DNA from: Planctomycetota bacterium
GTDB taxonomy: Bacteria; Planctomycetota; JAJSAM01; JAJVHW01
Assembly: GCA_965248445.1 (NCBI GenBank)
Contig: CBDFJG010000003.1
Coordinates: 1,504,001 to 1,568,000 of the forward strand
Reading direction: 5' to 3'
DNA: 64,000 bases
Shown here one piece after another: positions 41,682 through 51,570 of the stretch; position 1 is the stretch's first letter; each line of letters begins with the position of its first letter. The position numbers were made by a program, and so were the translations under genes. Below the pieces are notes generated by a model. That model was given only the letters and a program-made list of their open reading frames with translations. It was not told the DNA's origin and ran no database searches.

Positions 41682-43688
41682 CTACCGCCCGTCACGCCGC
41701 CGGATCACCACGACCGAGCCCTTGATCTCCCAGTCCAAGCCCCCACCGGCCGCGTCGCAGAGTGCGCGCAGGGCGCCCTCGATCGTGTCGTCCTTCACCG
41801 TGAGCGAGATCGGAACGTGCGCGACGCTGACCGCGGAGGCATCGAAGACGACGTTGAGTCGCCGCGTGGACCGGATGTAGTCGACGACATCCACAAGCCG
41901 CGCCTCGTCGAACACGAACGAGATGCGCTCGTCTCGCAGGCGCTCGAGGATGGTGGCGGCGCGCAACCGCACGGTGATCTCGGTCGTCTCACCGGCAACA
42001 ACGGTCACGGTTCGCCGTTCCGGCACATGACCCTTGGCGGACACGTCGACGACCACGTCGCCGGGCGCGACGCACTCGTGCAGCGCAACGCCATCATCGC
42101 CCACGCGAACTCTCTCGCCCACGCGGCGCGGCACCTCGCGTCCGTTGACCGCCCGTACCTGGTCGTGCTCTGCGACCCACGACAGGGTCACTCTCGCGAC
42201 CGCGGACTCCGCGGCGGCGTCGGTCGCGACGGTCACGCGGACGCCGCCCGCGGCAGGTCCCAGCACGAGCTCCGCCGTGAGTTCGTCACCGTACGCACCC
42301 GTCACACGGAAGCGCGGCGAGTCCTGCATCCCCGGCACGCGTGCGGTCAGCCACTGGAACGACTTCTTCAGCGCGACCTCGAACGCGCCGTCCGACCGTG
42401 ACGTCCCCACATCGCGCGTCCCGTGACGCAGCCGCGAATCCGCAACGGGGCTGCCCGCCGCATCCAGCACGCGCCCGCGCACGATCAGCGCGGTGGGCGC
42501 GTCCGGGTCCAGGCTCTTCGGCTCGATAACCACGGTCGCGCCACCTGTCTCCCAGGTCTCCGCCGCACGGTGAATGACGACGCGCTCTTCCTCGACGACC
42601 GCGCCGAATCCCTGGAGGCGCAAGATGAGTTGCAGAGCGTCCCGTGCCAGCACGGCCTCCGACAGCCGCAGATGGATGCTGCTGCCCTTCAGCGCTTCCA
42701 TGGCACGTTCGTCAACGTGGACGGGTACGTCGGTCACTGCGGAGAAGTGCGCCAGCAAGTCCAGTCCGCCGACGCCTTCGACGTCCAGGTCCATCTTGCG
42801 CGAGTCGAGCAGCTCCGGCACCGAGAGCGTCTTCTCTTCGGTGGGATCGGGCGCGTCCGCCGCGTCGGCGCCATCGGCGGCTCGCGGCTGGACTCGATTT
42901 CGTACGCGCGGCGTGTCCGCCGTCTCCGTTGCTGGTTCGGCCGGCCCCACCTCGTCGGTTCCCGGCTGCGCAGCGGCGTCCGCGACGTCCTGACGCGCGC
43001 CGCCGTCGTCGTGGGTCGCTGCCCACCACCACGCCGCACCCCCACCGACCACAAGAACCACGGCTGCCATCGTCGCCTTCCCCATCAATGCCCCTCCTGT
43101 GGCGACGGCGGCCGCTGCCCCGCTTCCGGTCCGTGTGATCTCCTCACGCATCAGCGGCAGCAGCGTCACGGCGAGCGGCCGGCCATCCGTGTCCTCGCCT
43201 TCGAGCCGGGTCCGTAGCAGTGCACGTGCGCGGCGAAGACGCGCACGTACCGTTTCGAACGGCGCCTCCATCTGCGCTGCGACGTCTGCCATCGACAGTC
43301 CCTCGAAGTAGCGCAACAGGATTGTCTGACGGTAGGGCTCGCGCAGCGCGACGACCGCGGCGGCCACGCGGGCATGAAGCTCCGCGCGCGCCGCGAGCTC
43401 CGCCGGATCCCCGCCGAGCGGCTCCGGTCGCGCGACATGCAGCTCGCGGCGCCGCATCCGCTCACGCGAGCGCCGCCGACGGTACGTGGCGTTGCGCGCT
43501 ACCGTGCGGAACCAGCCCCGCGTCGCAGCGCGATCCACGGGCGGACGGCACAGGGCGGCGAGCCACGTCTGCTGCTCGACGTCGTCCGCCTCGTTCTCGT
43601 CGTCGCAGAGGGCGACGGCCAGGGCGCGGACCCACACACGGTGGACCAGCAGCTCTTCCAACGGGACCACAGCGCCATCTCGACTCAT
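41682..43688 (-). CDS. ECF sigma factor with TM helix and extracytoplasmic extension
   Basis: ADDVEQQTW, WFRTVARN, LREPYRQTILLRYFEGLS..ETVRARLRRAR, then TM, STN-like and carboxypeptidase-regulatory-like segments. Confidence 0.88.
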   Translation of the reverse strand: MSRDGAVVPLEELLVHRVWVRALAVALCDDENEADDVEQQTWLAALCRPPVDRAATRGWFRTVARNATYRRRRSRERMRRRELHVARPEPLGGDPAELAARAELHARVAAAVVALREPYRQTILLRYFEGLSMADVAAQMEAPFETVRARLRRARALLRTRLEGEDTDGRPLAVTLLPLMREEITRTGSGAAAAVATGGALMGKATMAAVVLVVGGGAAWWWAATHDDGGARQDVADAAAQPGTDEVGPAEPATETADTPRVRNRVQPRAADGADAADAPDPTEEKTLSVPELLDSRKMDLDVEGVGGLDLLAHFSAVTDVPVHVDERAMEALKGSSIHLRLSEAVLARDALQLILRLQGFGAVVEEERVVIHRAAETWETGGATVVIEPKSLDPDAPTALIVRGRVLDAAGSPVADSRLRHGTRDVGTSRSDGAFEVALKKSFQWLTARVPGMQDSPRFRVTGAYGDELTAELVLGPAAGGVRVTVATDAAAESAVARVTLSWVAEHDQVRAVNGREVPRRVGERVRVGDDGVALHECVAPGDVVVDVSAKGHVPERRTVTVVAGETTEITVRLRAATILERLRDERISFVFDEARLVDVVDYIRSTRRLNVVFDASAVSVAHVPISLTVKDDTIEGALRALCDAAGGGLDWEIKGSVVVIRRRDGR

Positions 43689-43739
43689 CGACTCCTAAGA
43701 TCCCGCAACCGGTCCCCACGGGTGCAGCGCAATTCTGAA

Positions 43740-43925
43740 CGCCAACGGCGCCTTGCGCAGCCGGCTCGTCGGTCGGCGGACCTCGCGGAGGGCTCGGGCA
43801 GACGAAGGCGCGGTTCAAGCCGCGGGTGCGGCGGCTCAAGAACCTCGGGCTGACGGAGAGTCTCGAGGTCGGGTACCGGCTGTCTCCGCGCGGGGAGGTG
43901 GTGTTGCGGGATTTGCGGGGCGGGG
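43740..43925 (+). pseudogene. Remnant of a winged-helix C-terminal domain (ASCH-associated hypothetical family)
   Basis: RSADLAE...FKPRVRRLKNLGLTESLEVGYRLSPRGEVVL; no start, frameshifted, no proper stop. Confidence 0.55.
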
Positions 43926-43983
43926 GAGGTCCGCCGAGCAGCCCCGCCTACTCCCGCTGCGAGTGTGGACGCGCGCCCGCGTC

Positions 43984-44415
43984 TCACGGCACCACGATCG
44001 CCACGGCGCACTCCCCGAACCGCTCGAAGTCCCCGGGGTTGAGCGTCAGCAGTTCGGTCGCCCCGGCCGCTTGCGCCGCGCGCAGGATGCGCAGGTCGTA
44101 CACCGCTCCGCCCGCGATGTCGTCGTGCGCCGCACGTTCGAGCAGCGCCCAGGTGGCGTTGGGATCCTCCGCAACGATCCGCGCGCGCCCGTGCAGCGCG
44201 GCGTGCAGCAGCGAGAGCGCGTCGCGCGGCGAGATGCGGTAGCCGGCCGGCAGGCGGGTGAAGACCGAGAAGGCCTCGACCAGCACGTGCGCGGGGACCA
44301 CGGGACCGTCCTCCGCCCGCAGCGCTGCCGCGACCGCCACGCGCGCGTCGGCGTGCCGCTCGTGCCATGAGGCCAGTGCGGCGACCAGCACGGATGAGTC
44401 GAGCGCCGTCGTCAC
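43984..44415 (-). CDS. vapC: PIN-domain toxin, VapC family
   Basis: ALDSSVLVA..HERH..VEAFSVFTRLP..GGAVYDLRI..LTLNPGDF. Confidence 0.9.
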   Translation of the reverse strand: MTTALDSSVLVAALASWHERHADARVAVAAALRAEDGPVVPAHVLVEAFSVFTRLPAGYRISPRDALSLLHAALHGRARIVAEDPNATWALLERAAHDDIAGGAVYDLRILRAAQAAGATELLTLNPGDFERFGECAVAIVVP

Positions 44416-44678
44416 TCCCCCCGCTCCCGCAGCCGTCGGCGAGCGCGCCGCACCTCGTCCTCGCCGAGCTCCGGCTGCGGCTCGACCAGCTCGGCCACCT
44501 GGAGCCCGTCGCGCTCGACGGTCCGGATCGCGGCATACACCGGTTCGATCTCGAGTCGCCCGTCCCGCACCCGCAGGCGCAGCGGCGTCCCGGGCACGAT
44601 CCCGAGCTCGTCGCGGAGTGCCTTGGGCACGACCAGCCGCCCCGATCGGTCAATGGCAGTTCGAATGGCAGAACTCAT
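44412..44678 (-). CDS. vapB: AbrB/MazE/SpoVT-type antitoxin
   Basis: IDRSGRLVVPKALRDELGIVPG..LEIEP; its stop overlaps the vapC start. Confidence 0.88.
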   Translation of the reverse strand: MSSAIRTAIDRSGRLVVPKALRDELGIVPGTPLRLRVRDGRLEIEPVYAAIRTVERDGLQVAELVEPQPELGEDEVRRARRRLRERGE

Positions 44679-44724
44679 GCCATTCATCCTACCACACGCG
44701 CCCTTCGGCACGCGTGGGGGTCGC

Positions 44725-45040
44725 TCACGCGTCGCGTGAGAGCACCTCCACCCGCGCCACGTGGGCGCCGCGGCGAGCGACGCGTCGAACGTCACGAGCG
44801 GCGCGTCGAGTGCCTCCGCCAGCACGACGTAGGCGGCTTCGTACGCGGTGAGGTTGTCGCGGTACGCAAACAGCCGGTCGAGCCAACGCCGGCTCGCGTG
44901 CCGGCGGATCTGCAGCGACCCAGTAGTAGTCGAGCCCGCGCGCGTGGGACGCGCGCCGCTCGGCGCCGCTCGGCGCCGGCGCGCCGCGCTCCCCCTTTAG
45001 CGCTTCGGGATGGCGCGGCGCGACGACCAGATCGTGAGCC
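44725..45040 (-). pseudogene. Degenerate second VapC/PIN gene
   Basis: RDNLTAYEAAYVVLAEALDAPLVTFDASLAAAP with frameshifts on both sides and no 5' end. Confidence 0.7.
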
Positions 45041-45046
45041 AGATCC

Positions 45047-47527
45047 CTATTGACACGTCCTGAATCCCACGTAGGTCGTGAACTCCGCGTTGGTGTCAAC
45101 GGGAATCGAAAGAACGGACCCCGTGCCAGTCAGCGTGCCCGTGTGGAGCGGAGTGCCGTAGATGGAACGCGGATCGAACAGATCGATCGAGTCGCCTGGT
45201 TCGAGGTAGCCCGCGAAGTCGATGTCCACGGGCGAACCCGGCGCGTTCATGATCACGAGGTGGAACCGGCGCGCGTCGTACCTGTTCTGGCGAAGGATGA
45301 CCTTCGGATTCCAACCGCTCGGCCACGCCGCCCCCGAGTCGAATCCCGCACACGTATCCCCGGCTGGGTTCACATTGACGTTCCCGTGTACGAGCGTGTT
45401 GTCTTGCTGCGTGACCCCGGCGGCGGGGAAGTTGAAGATACACAGAGCGCCGTACGCGACGATGTTGTCGTGCACGACGCAATCGACGTTCGGGACGGTG
45501 AGCCCCATCTGCGTGATCTGCATGCCGATCTGCATCCCCGCCCGGGCGCCCCAGCCGGTGGGAAGCGGCCCGGTCGTCGTCCCGGTCCCGTAGCGGCCAC
45601 CGTCCTTGTAGAAGATGCTGTTCTTCACGAGCACGTTCGTCACGGGCTGTGAACCGCCAATCAGGAAGCGGCCGAACCGCTCCACGTCTGGGTTGGTGTT
45701 CAGGTAGCTGATGTGTCCGTCGATGATGTAGTTCTCGATCGGCGGGGAGTCGGTGTGGATCAGCATGCTGTAGCCCTCGTTCGCCGTCACGATGCAATCG
45801 GCGATCGTCTGACCGCCGTCACCCCGGCTGTAGATCGGAGAGGCCTCGCCTTCCGTCAGTTCGCCCTTGCGCAACTCCCATCCGGAGTCGATCTGCTGCG
45901 GAAGGTCGGCCTGGATGCCGCCGGCTCCGACCGAGATGACACTCGTGACAAACCGCTCACCGGTCGCGCGGTTACGGACCACGATGAACTCGCCTGCGTT
46001 GAACGTCGGTGTTGTCGGCAGCGTGGCATGAGCAATGCCCACGCCGCTGCCGGCGCCGTACGGCCCCCCCACCACGTCGACACCGTTGATCGTCGGCGGG
46101 TCGTCCTCGATCGCCTGGACACTCGTGTGGCCGATGTCGTGGATGATGCAGCCGTAGACCATGGTGTCCGTCACCGGGTCGTTCGCCAGTGATTGGAATC
46201 CCTGGTAGCTGTCGTGGATGTGCGTGTTGATGCACCGGCAGCCGTGCGCCTCGAGGAAGTGGAATCCGCCCGGCGGACGGTTCATGGTCCGCACGTCCGC
46301 GACCCCCGGTGGCGGCCGTGGCGTGGTGGTCATGATCTCCAGGTCCCAGAACCACACGTATTGTGACGCCGACGTGAGACCAGTAGCCAGGCTCAGCGAG
46401 CCGTCGATGCGCGCCCGCAGCGGCCGCATGCCCGCATCTCGGAACGCGCGCACGTGGATCGGACTCCCCGCGGCCCCGACCAGTCCGACGAGGTAGCCCC
46501 CATCCCAGCGCGCGTAGCCCGTCGACTTGTAGGTCCTGTTGCTGGGCGAACCCGGGAGGAGCCACACCGTGTCTCCCGGTCCGACGCCCTGATCCCCGCG
46601 CATCGTCGATTTCAGGTCCCACGGGCGGCTTCGCGTGCGCCCGTTGTTCCCCGACACGCCGTCGGGCGACACGTACCACCACTGCCGCTTGACGATCAGG
46701 TCGCCGACGCGCAACTTGGTCGAGGAGGTGCCGAAGAACACGTGGCTGTTCGCACTGGTCAGGTACGGCGCGACCGTGGTCACATCGACGTCGACCGTGT
46801 GCGCTGGCGCGAAGGTCTCGTGCCAACTACCGCCCCACGCGCTGTCGAGGTCGAACCGGAGCGCATGTCCCTGCTTCCGCATCGAGAGCCAGTACCGACC
46901 GGGCGCGGCGGCCGCGATGACCGGAGACGTGGCCGAGTAGACGGACGCGCCCGTCGAGTCGCGGGACTCGATTTCCACGATGAACGCCTGGATGGTCTGC
47001 GCCAGCGGCGGGGGGATCACGAGCCGGAAGCAGTGCACGCGTACGAACACCGAAGAGGCGGGCTCGTTCGCGTACGCCGACCCTCCGGGCTCTCCCTTCC
47101 CGACACCGAAGTGCAGAAGGGCGTGCGGGTCGAGTATCGCCGACGTGTCGAACGTGAGCTGAGCGGTGAAGTCCTCGCCGTTGTAGTCCGCGTACGTCGT
47201 CCGCATGTAGTGCTTGTCGTCGACGCCCGTGGACGTCGCGAGCGCGACGGTCTCGCCGCCGACCACGAACGCTCCGTCCGGGTCCTCCACGTTCTCGTGC
47301 AGGTAGTCGCACTCGAACGGCTCCACGAAGTAACGCGTGCCCTCTCCAGGCGATGCAGCAGGCATCGTGAGCACACTGTCGCTGTCGAGTGTCCCCACGG
47401 TTCCTGCAGCACCACTCACAGGCGGTGCAGTCGTCGTGGTCGGCGGGCCGGAGGGGGCCGCAGCACACATCGGGGCCAGCAGCATTGCAACGACAACAAG
47501 GCCCCAACGAACGGATCGATTCAGCAT
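45047..47527 (-). CDS. Large secreted protein with right-handed beta-helix (pectate-lyase-like) domain
   Basis: Signal peptide; WYVSPDGVSGNNG..PW..PGDTVWL, IHDSYQG, GCIIHDIG, NSIFY. Confidence 0.75.
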   Translation of the reverse strand: MLNRSVRWGLVVVAMLLAPMCAAAPSGPPTTTTAPPVSGAAGTVGTLDSDSVLTMPAASPGEGTRYFVEPFECDYLHENVEDPDGAFVVGGETVALATSTGVDDKHYMRTTYADYNGEDFTAQLTFDTSAILDPHALLHFGVGKGEPGGSAYANEPASSVFVRVHCFRLVIPPPLAQTIQAFIVEIESRDSTGASVYSATSPVIAAAAPGRYWLSMRKQGHALRFDLDSAWGGSWHETFAPAHTVDVDVTTVAPYLTSANSHVFFGTSSTKLRVGDLIVKRQWWYVSPDGVSGNNGRTRSRPWDLKSTMRGDQGVGPGDTVWLLPGSPSNRTYKSTGYARWDGGYLVGLVGAAGSPIHVRAFRDAGMRPLRARIDGSLSLATGLTSASQYVWFWDLEIMTTTPRPPPGVADVRTMNRPPGGFHFLEAHGCRCINTHIHDSYQGFQSLANDPVTDTMVYGCIIHDIGHTSVQAIEDDPPTINGVDVVGGPYGAGSGVGIAHATLPTTPTFNAGEFIVVRNRATGERFVTSVISVGAGGIQADLPQQIDSGWELRKGELTEGEASPIYSRGDGGQTIADCIVTANEGYSMLIHTDSPPIENYIIDGHISYLNTNPDVERFGRFLIGGSQPVTNVLVKNSIFYKDGGRYGTGTTTGPLPTGWGARAGMQIGMQITQMGLTVPNVDCVVHDNIVAYGALCIFNFPAAGVTQQDNTLVHGNVNVNPAGDTCAGFDSGAAWPSGWNPKVILRQNRYDARRFHLVIMNAPGSPVDIDFAGYLEPGDSIDLFDPRSIYGTPLHTGTLTGTGSVLSIPVDTNAEFTTYVGFRTCQ

Positions 47528-47769
47528 CGCACCCTCCCCGCTGATATGTCTCACCCGGTGACATGTTCGCGGGTCAGTCAGTCGCGATGCAACACGCGCT
47601 TACTACGAGTGAGCGCTCCCCATATCGAGACGTTCGTCAGGTTCGAAGTGTGAGCAACTGCCACCGGAACGCGTTGCAGAGTGGTTCCCTTCGCATACGA
47701 GCAAGCACTTGCGACAGCGTCCGACGCGAGCCTCGCGCCAGTCTCCTGCACCACACCCACGCCGCAAGC

Positions 47770-48147
47770 GGAACATGGTGAAGGCGACGGGCTGAACGCA
47801 GGCGGCGACGGCAGCCCCATCGAGCGCTGCAACGTCTCTCGCGTGCATGGGAACGGGATTCAGAGCAACGGCGCCGGGAATGCCGTGCGCCGCTGCAAGA
47901 TCAACGGCACCGGTTCGCGCGGCATCCAGACAGCGGACGACGACAGCGGCGCTGAGCGCTGCGTGGTGATCGACGTGGGACAGCTCTCCGTCGCGGACTC
48001 GAACGTCGAGAACGGCATCGACGTGGTGCGGCCGGGAAGCCACGTCATCAGGTGCAAGATCATCACGCCCGCGAACCATGGGATCAACGTGCGCGGACCG
48101 GGCATCGACGTCGACCGCTGCAAGATCACGCGTCCCGGCGGACGCGG
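47770..48147 (+). pseudogene. Internal fragment of a parallel beta-helix gene, truncated at the IS66 end
   Basis: ERCNVSRVHGNGI..RRCKINGTGSRGI..RCKIITPANHGI..RCKITRPGGR, then the IS terminus. Confidence 0.65.
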
Positions 48148-49679
48148 GTACCCGTTCAGGGTATGACGATCCGCGGCCTCAGCGCGTGATCGGGAGCGCG
48201 ACGAGAGCCGGCGGCGAGCGGTTGTGCGCGAGTGCCGCGCTGACGTCTGCGAGGTAATCGAAGACGCTCTCGCCACGCTGGCGGAGCGTGGCGGTGACGG
48301 TCAGGATGCGCTCGACGAAGCGGAGTCCGCGCTCGCTCTGACTTCCGTGCGTTGCGCGTCTCCACAGGACCGGCTTGCGCACCGCGCGCTCAGCGGCGTT
48401 GTTCGTCGGGGAGACGCCAGGGACGTCGGCGAAGGTCCACAGAGCCTCCGCTCGGTCGAGCAGATGCCGAGTCGTTCCGCGTACTCGGCGGTGCTTGCTG
48501 TCTGCGCCGCGCACGAGCAGCGTCAGGAGTCGGTCCCATGTGAGACGCAGCTCACGCCGCATGCGGTCGCGGTCCCCGTGCTCGCCGAAGTGACGCTGAG
48601 CTCGCATGACAGCCTGGGCGAGACGCACGGCCTGCTTGCCGAAGCGCCGGCCGCCGCGCGAGCCCTCGGCCAGCGCTCGAAAGTCCCTCTCGAGATGCGC
48701 CCAGCAGATCTGGCGGCGCTCGGTGGGATGCTGGTCGTAAGCGCCCATACGGTCGGTCACGAGGACGCCCCTGAAGCGCTTGCCCACGAGTCGCCGCATG
48801 GCCTTGGCGCTCCTGCGCCGATCGATACGATGGACCGTGGCGTGCTCACAGACCGCGCTCCACAGCCAATGCAGCGTGCCACGACGCGACCACGGTGTCT
48901 CGTCTACATAGGCGACGCTGCTCGTGCGTACGGCCCCGAGGGCCTCGATGTGCGCTGAGGAGATGGCTCCCGACACCCGCTCCTCGATCGCACTGACCGT
49001 GCCCGGTGACATCGAGACGCCGATGACGTCACGCAACAGACGACTGGTCTCGCGCCGCGACAGGCGGAAGACGCCGACCAGAGCCGCGGTGAGCGCACAG
49101 AGTCGCGGGCCGAAGGGACTCGCCGTCACACCGCTTGGCAGCGAGGCAGTGGACGTGGCGCCACAGTCCGTGCACCGTGCCCGGTGCAACCGGTGCTCGG
49201 TCACCTGGATCAGCCGTGGCGGGACCTCGAAGACCTGCTGGCGTGTCGGGGCGCGATCGATCGGGACGAGCACGTCGCTCCCACACGCGCTGCACTCGCG
49301 CGGGCGGTGGTCCTCTACGCCATCGACCTCGGACTCGTCCACGAGCTTGCGCGTCGCCCCTTTGTGGCCGGGCTGCGCACCCTGGCGCTTGTCCGACGGC
49401 GGCTTGCGCCGCCGCCGCTTCTTGGACCACGACGGATCCGAGGACGGTGGGCGCGAGGAGGTGCGGGAGTCCCGGCGAAGACGGCTCTCGAGATCGTCGA
49501 TCCGTGCCGCCTGCCGCTCGATCACCTCCGCCTGCTCGGCAATCGTCTCGTCCCGAGCGTCCAGACGACGGGTCAGGCGCTCGACCAGATCACGCAGCTC
49601 ATCGGTGCCCACATCCGATTCATCGACCGAACGGAAAGCGATCTGGATCCGAGCTCAGAACCAAGGGCTGAACGGGTAC
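48148..49679 (-). mobile_element. IS66-family insertion sequence (single-ORF, ISBst12-like), copy 1
   Basis: Terminal inverted repeats gtacccgttcag...ctgaacgggtac; 1532 bp. Confidence 0.92.
48179..49612 (-). CDS. IS66 family transposase
   Basis: DSRTSSRPPSSD, GAQPGHKG, CxxC pairs, VDETPW, TDRMGAY, QICWAHL, PTNNAAERAVR. Confidence 0.95.
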   Translation of the reverse strand: MGTDELRDLVERLTRRLDARDETIAEQAEVIERQAARIDDLESRLRRDSRTSSRPPSSDPSWSKKRRRRKPPSDKRQGAQPGHKGATRKLVDESEVDGVEDHRPRECSACGSDVLVPIDRAPTRQQVFEVPPRLIQVTEHRLHRARCTDCGATSTASLPSGVTASPFGPRLCALTAALVGVFRLSRRETSRLLRDVIGVSMSPGTVSAIEERVSGAISSAHIEALGAVRTSSVAYVDETPWSRRGTLHWLWSAVCEHATVHRIDRRRSAKAMRRLVGKRFRGVLVTDRMGAYDQHPTERRQICWAHLERDFRALAEGSRGGRRFGKQAVRLAQAVMRAQRHFGEHGDRDRMRRELRLTWDRLLTLLVRGADSKHRRVRGTTRHLLDRAEALWTFADVPGVSPTNNAAERAVRKPVLWRRATHGSQSERGLRFVERILTVTATLRQRGESVFDYLADVSAALAHNRSPPALVALPITR

Positions 49680-49840
49680 GCGCGCCTGACGGGTGGTCCT
49701 TCGCTATTCGCGGCCCAAACTGTCGTCCGTGCCTGACGAAAGCGGTGGTTCGCTGCCGACGATCGTCTGTCGCGAGGGCCGGGAGCCCGCATCGTTCACG
49801 AGGCTTGCGCGGCAGGAGCGGACCCCGTGAACCATGCGGG

Positions 49841-50950
49841 CTAGCGGGCTGCGACGACGGTGCCGCGACGGACGCCCGGAGTGGCCCGGAACGCGAACCC
49901 GCGCGGGAAGTGCGCGCCCGGGCAGGCCGTCTCGCGGAACTCGTTGTGCAGGCGGAGGTTCTGAGGCGGAATGCCGCAGTAGGCCGCCAGGAACCCGCAC
50001 AGCCGCTCGAGTGCGCGCATCTGAGGAGCGGTCGGGCTGCTCTTCGAGAAGTCACCCACCAGGCAGATCCCGATGCCGTGCTGATTCATCAGGTCGTTGC
50101 CCGCGTGCGCCCCGTCGCGCTGCTGCGTCCACCGGAATCCGGTCTCCACGCGCCCATCCGGCGACCCCGACCCGTTGCCGATCACGAAGTCGTATCCGAG
50201 TCCGTCCCAGCCCTTCTTGCGATGCGCCTCGTCGAACGAGGCGGCGCTGCCGCGGGCGGTCGCGCTGTGATGAACCACGACGTACGTCCATCGGCGGCGA
50301 AGCGACGCGCTCCACTGCGCCCGTTCCACAGGCGTCGGGGAGTTCGCTGCCGCGGGCACCGGAGCCACCGGCGGCGGCCGCCGGCGTGTGACGACAGGAG
50401 GCGGTAGCCGGAAGTCGTGGTTCGGTGTCGTCGGCGTGTATCGCGGTGACGGGGCGTAGCCGGGAGTTGGCGTGTAGATGCGCGGAGCATGCACGACGGG
50501 CGTCGCTTGACCGGCGGTGGCGCCCCAGGCGCGTCGCACCCGCGACGCGTCGCTCGGATCGACCCACGCGGTGCCCTCGGCGACCATGACGGGGAACGTG
50601 GTCGAGAGCCGCGTGCCGCGGACGGTGACCTGAGTGCTCCCCGGGAACAGGGCGATCCGGCCACCGCGCGGCCCCTGGAGCACGATCCGCCCGGAGCTCT
50701 CTTGCGGCAGCTCGTGGAGCCCGAGCGGTCTCGAAATGTCCGCGACCGGGACATAGCCCCCGGGCACCGCTGTCGCCGTGTTGGTCGACGCGCACCCCGC
50801 TGTCAGCAGGAGCCCAGCTGTCAGCAGGAGCCCAGCTGTCAGCAGGAGCCCAGCTGTCAGCAGAGACCCGGCTGCCAGGGGAAGCCCCGCTCCCAGGGGA
50901 AGCCCGGATGCCTGACCGGCGTCGCGTGTTGCTCTCAACGCTCGGATCAC
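49841..50950 (-). CDS. N-acetylmuramoyl-L-alanine amidase (Amidase_2/PGRP family) lipoprotein; start uncertain
   Basis: WTYVVVHHSAT, GWDGLGYDFVIGNG, GAHAG, GIGICLVGDF, LH..TACPG; lipobox LTAGC. Confidence 0.88.
   Translation of the reverse strand: MIRALRATRDAGQASGLPLGAGLPLAAGSLLTAGLLLTAGLLLTAGLLLTAGCASTNTATAVPGGYVPVADISRPLGLHELPQESSGRIVLQGPRGGRIALFPGSTQVTVRGTRLSTTFPVMVAEGTAWVDPSDASRVRRAWGATAGQATPVVHAPRIYTPTPGYAPSPRYTPTTPNHDFRLPPPVVTRRRPPPVAPVPAAANSPTPVERAQWSASLRRRWTYVVVHHSATARGSAASFDEAHRKKGWDGLGYDFVIGNGSGSPDGRVETGFRWTQQRDGAHAGNDLMNQHGIGICLVGDFSKSSPTAPQMRALERLCGFLAAYCGIPPQNLRLHNEFRETACPGAHFPRGFAFRATPGVRRGTVVAAR
50799..50906. repeat. 18-bp in-frame tandem repeat in the amidase signal peptide
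   Basis: gctgtcagcaggagccca x3 exact plus 3 degenerate units (LLLTAG/LPLAAG). Confidence 0.9.
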
Positions 50951-51535
50951 GCGCGCTCCCCTCGAAGACCGGCCACGGCTTCCGGGGCCCACTTCATGGA
51001 TCGACCAACGGGCCGCGCGCATGCAACCACCCTGCAGAGGGCCAGACGGAGAACTGCGCGGAGAGGCGGCCGACGGGCGGTCCTCAAACACACCCGACCG
51101 TCGACCTGCCTGATCGTCACACCCTGCGTCCATCGGCGCACGGCTCCGTCAGATGCCGCGGAACGCGAGGCGACGACGACCGGCCGCGCGAGCGTCTCCG
51201 GACCACGACATCTTGTGGACCGATGGACAACGAGCGCCATTCTTGGTGGGTTCAGCCTCTCCGTCAAGGCAGTTCGTCGGATTCGCCGTCCGTGGGCAAT
51301 CGTGTTCTCCACGTCTGTGGAATGTCGATTTCCGCAGAAAGATTCACCGTCGCCCACGCGCTCGGCAGCGACGGGTCGCGGAGCGGGCGTCGCGCGGCTC
51401 GCCGACGTCTCCACCGCCGCGTCGCGGTCGCAACGACCGACCGCACCGATGCTTGCGTTCTCGCGCTGCCGACTCTCCACATTCCACCGTCTCTCCCGGG
51501 CTCCTGTGGAGGCCGATGTGGACGCATTTTCGCCG

Positions 51536-51564
51536 TTGAAACCCAACGCCGCCGGTCCTAGCTT
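51536..51564 (+). promoter_or_regulatory. Sigma70-like promoter for the candidate ncRNA
   Basis: TTGAAA (51536-41), 17-bp spacer, TAGCTT (51559-64); predicted start near 51570-71 coincides with the 5' strand of the closing helix. Confidence 0.6.
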
Positions 51565-51570
51565 CTCCCT

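Noticed and set aside
44412..44825. 137-aa ORF as a PIN-AbrB fusion
   Set aside because: The N-terminal part belongs to the frameshifted vapC remnant; the antitoxin starts at 44678
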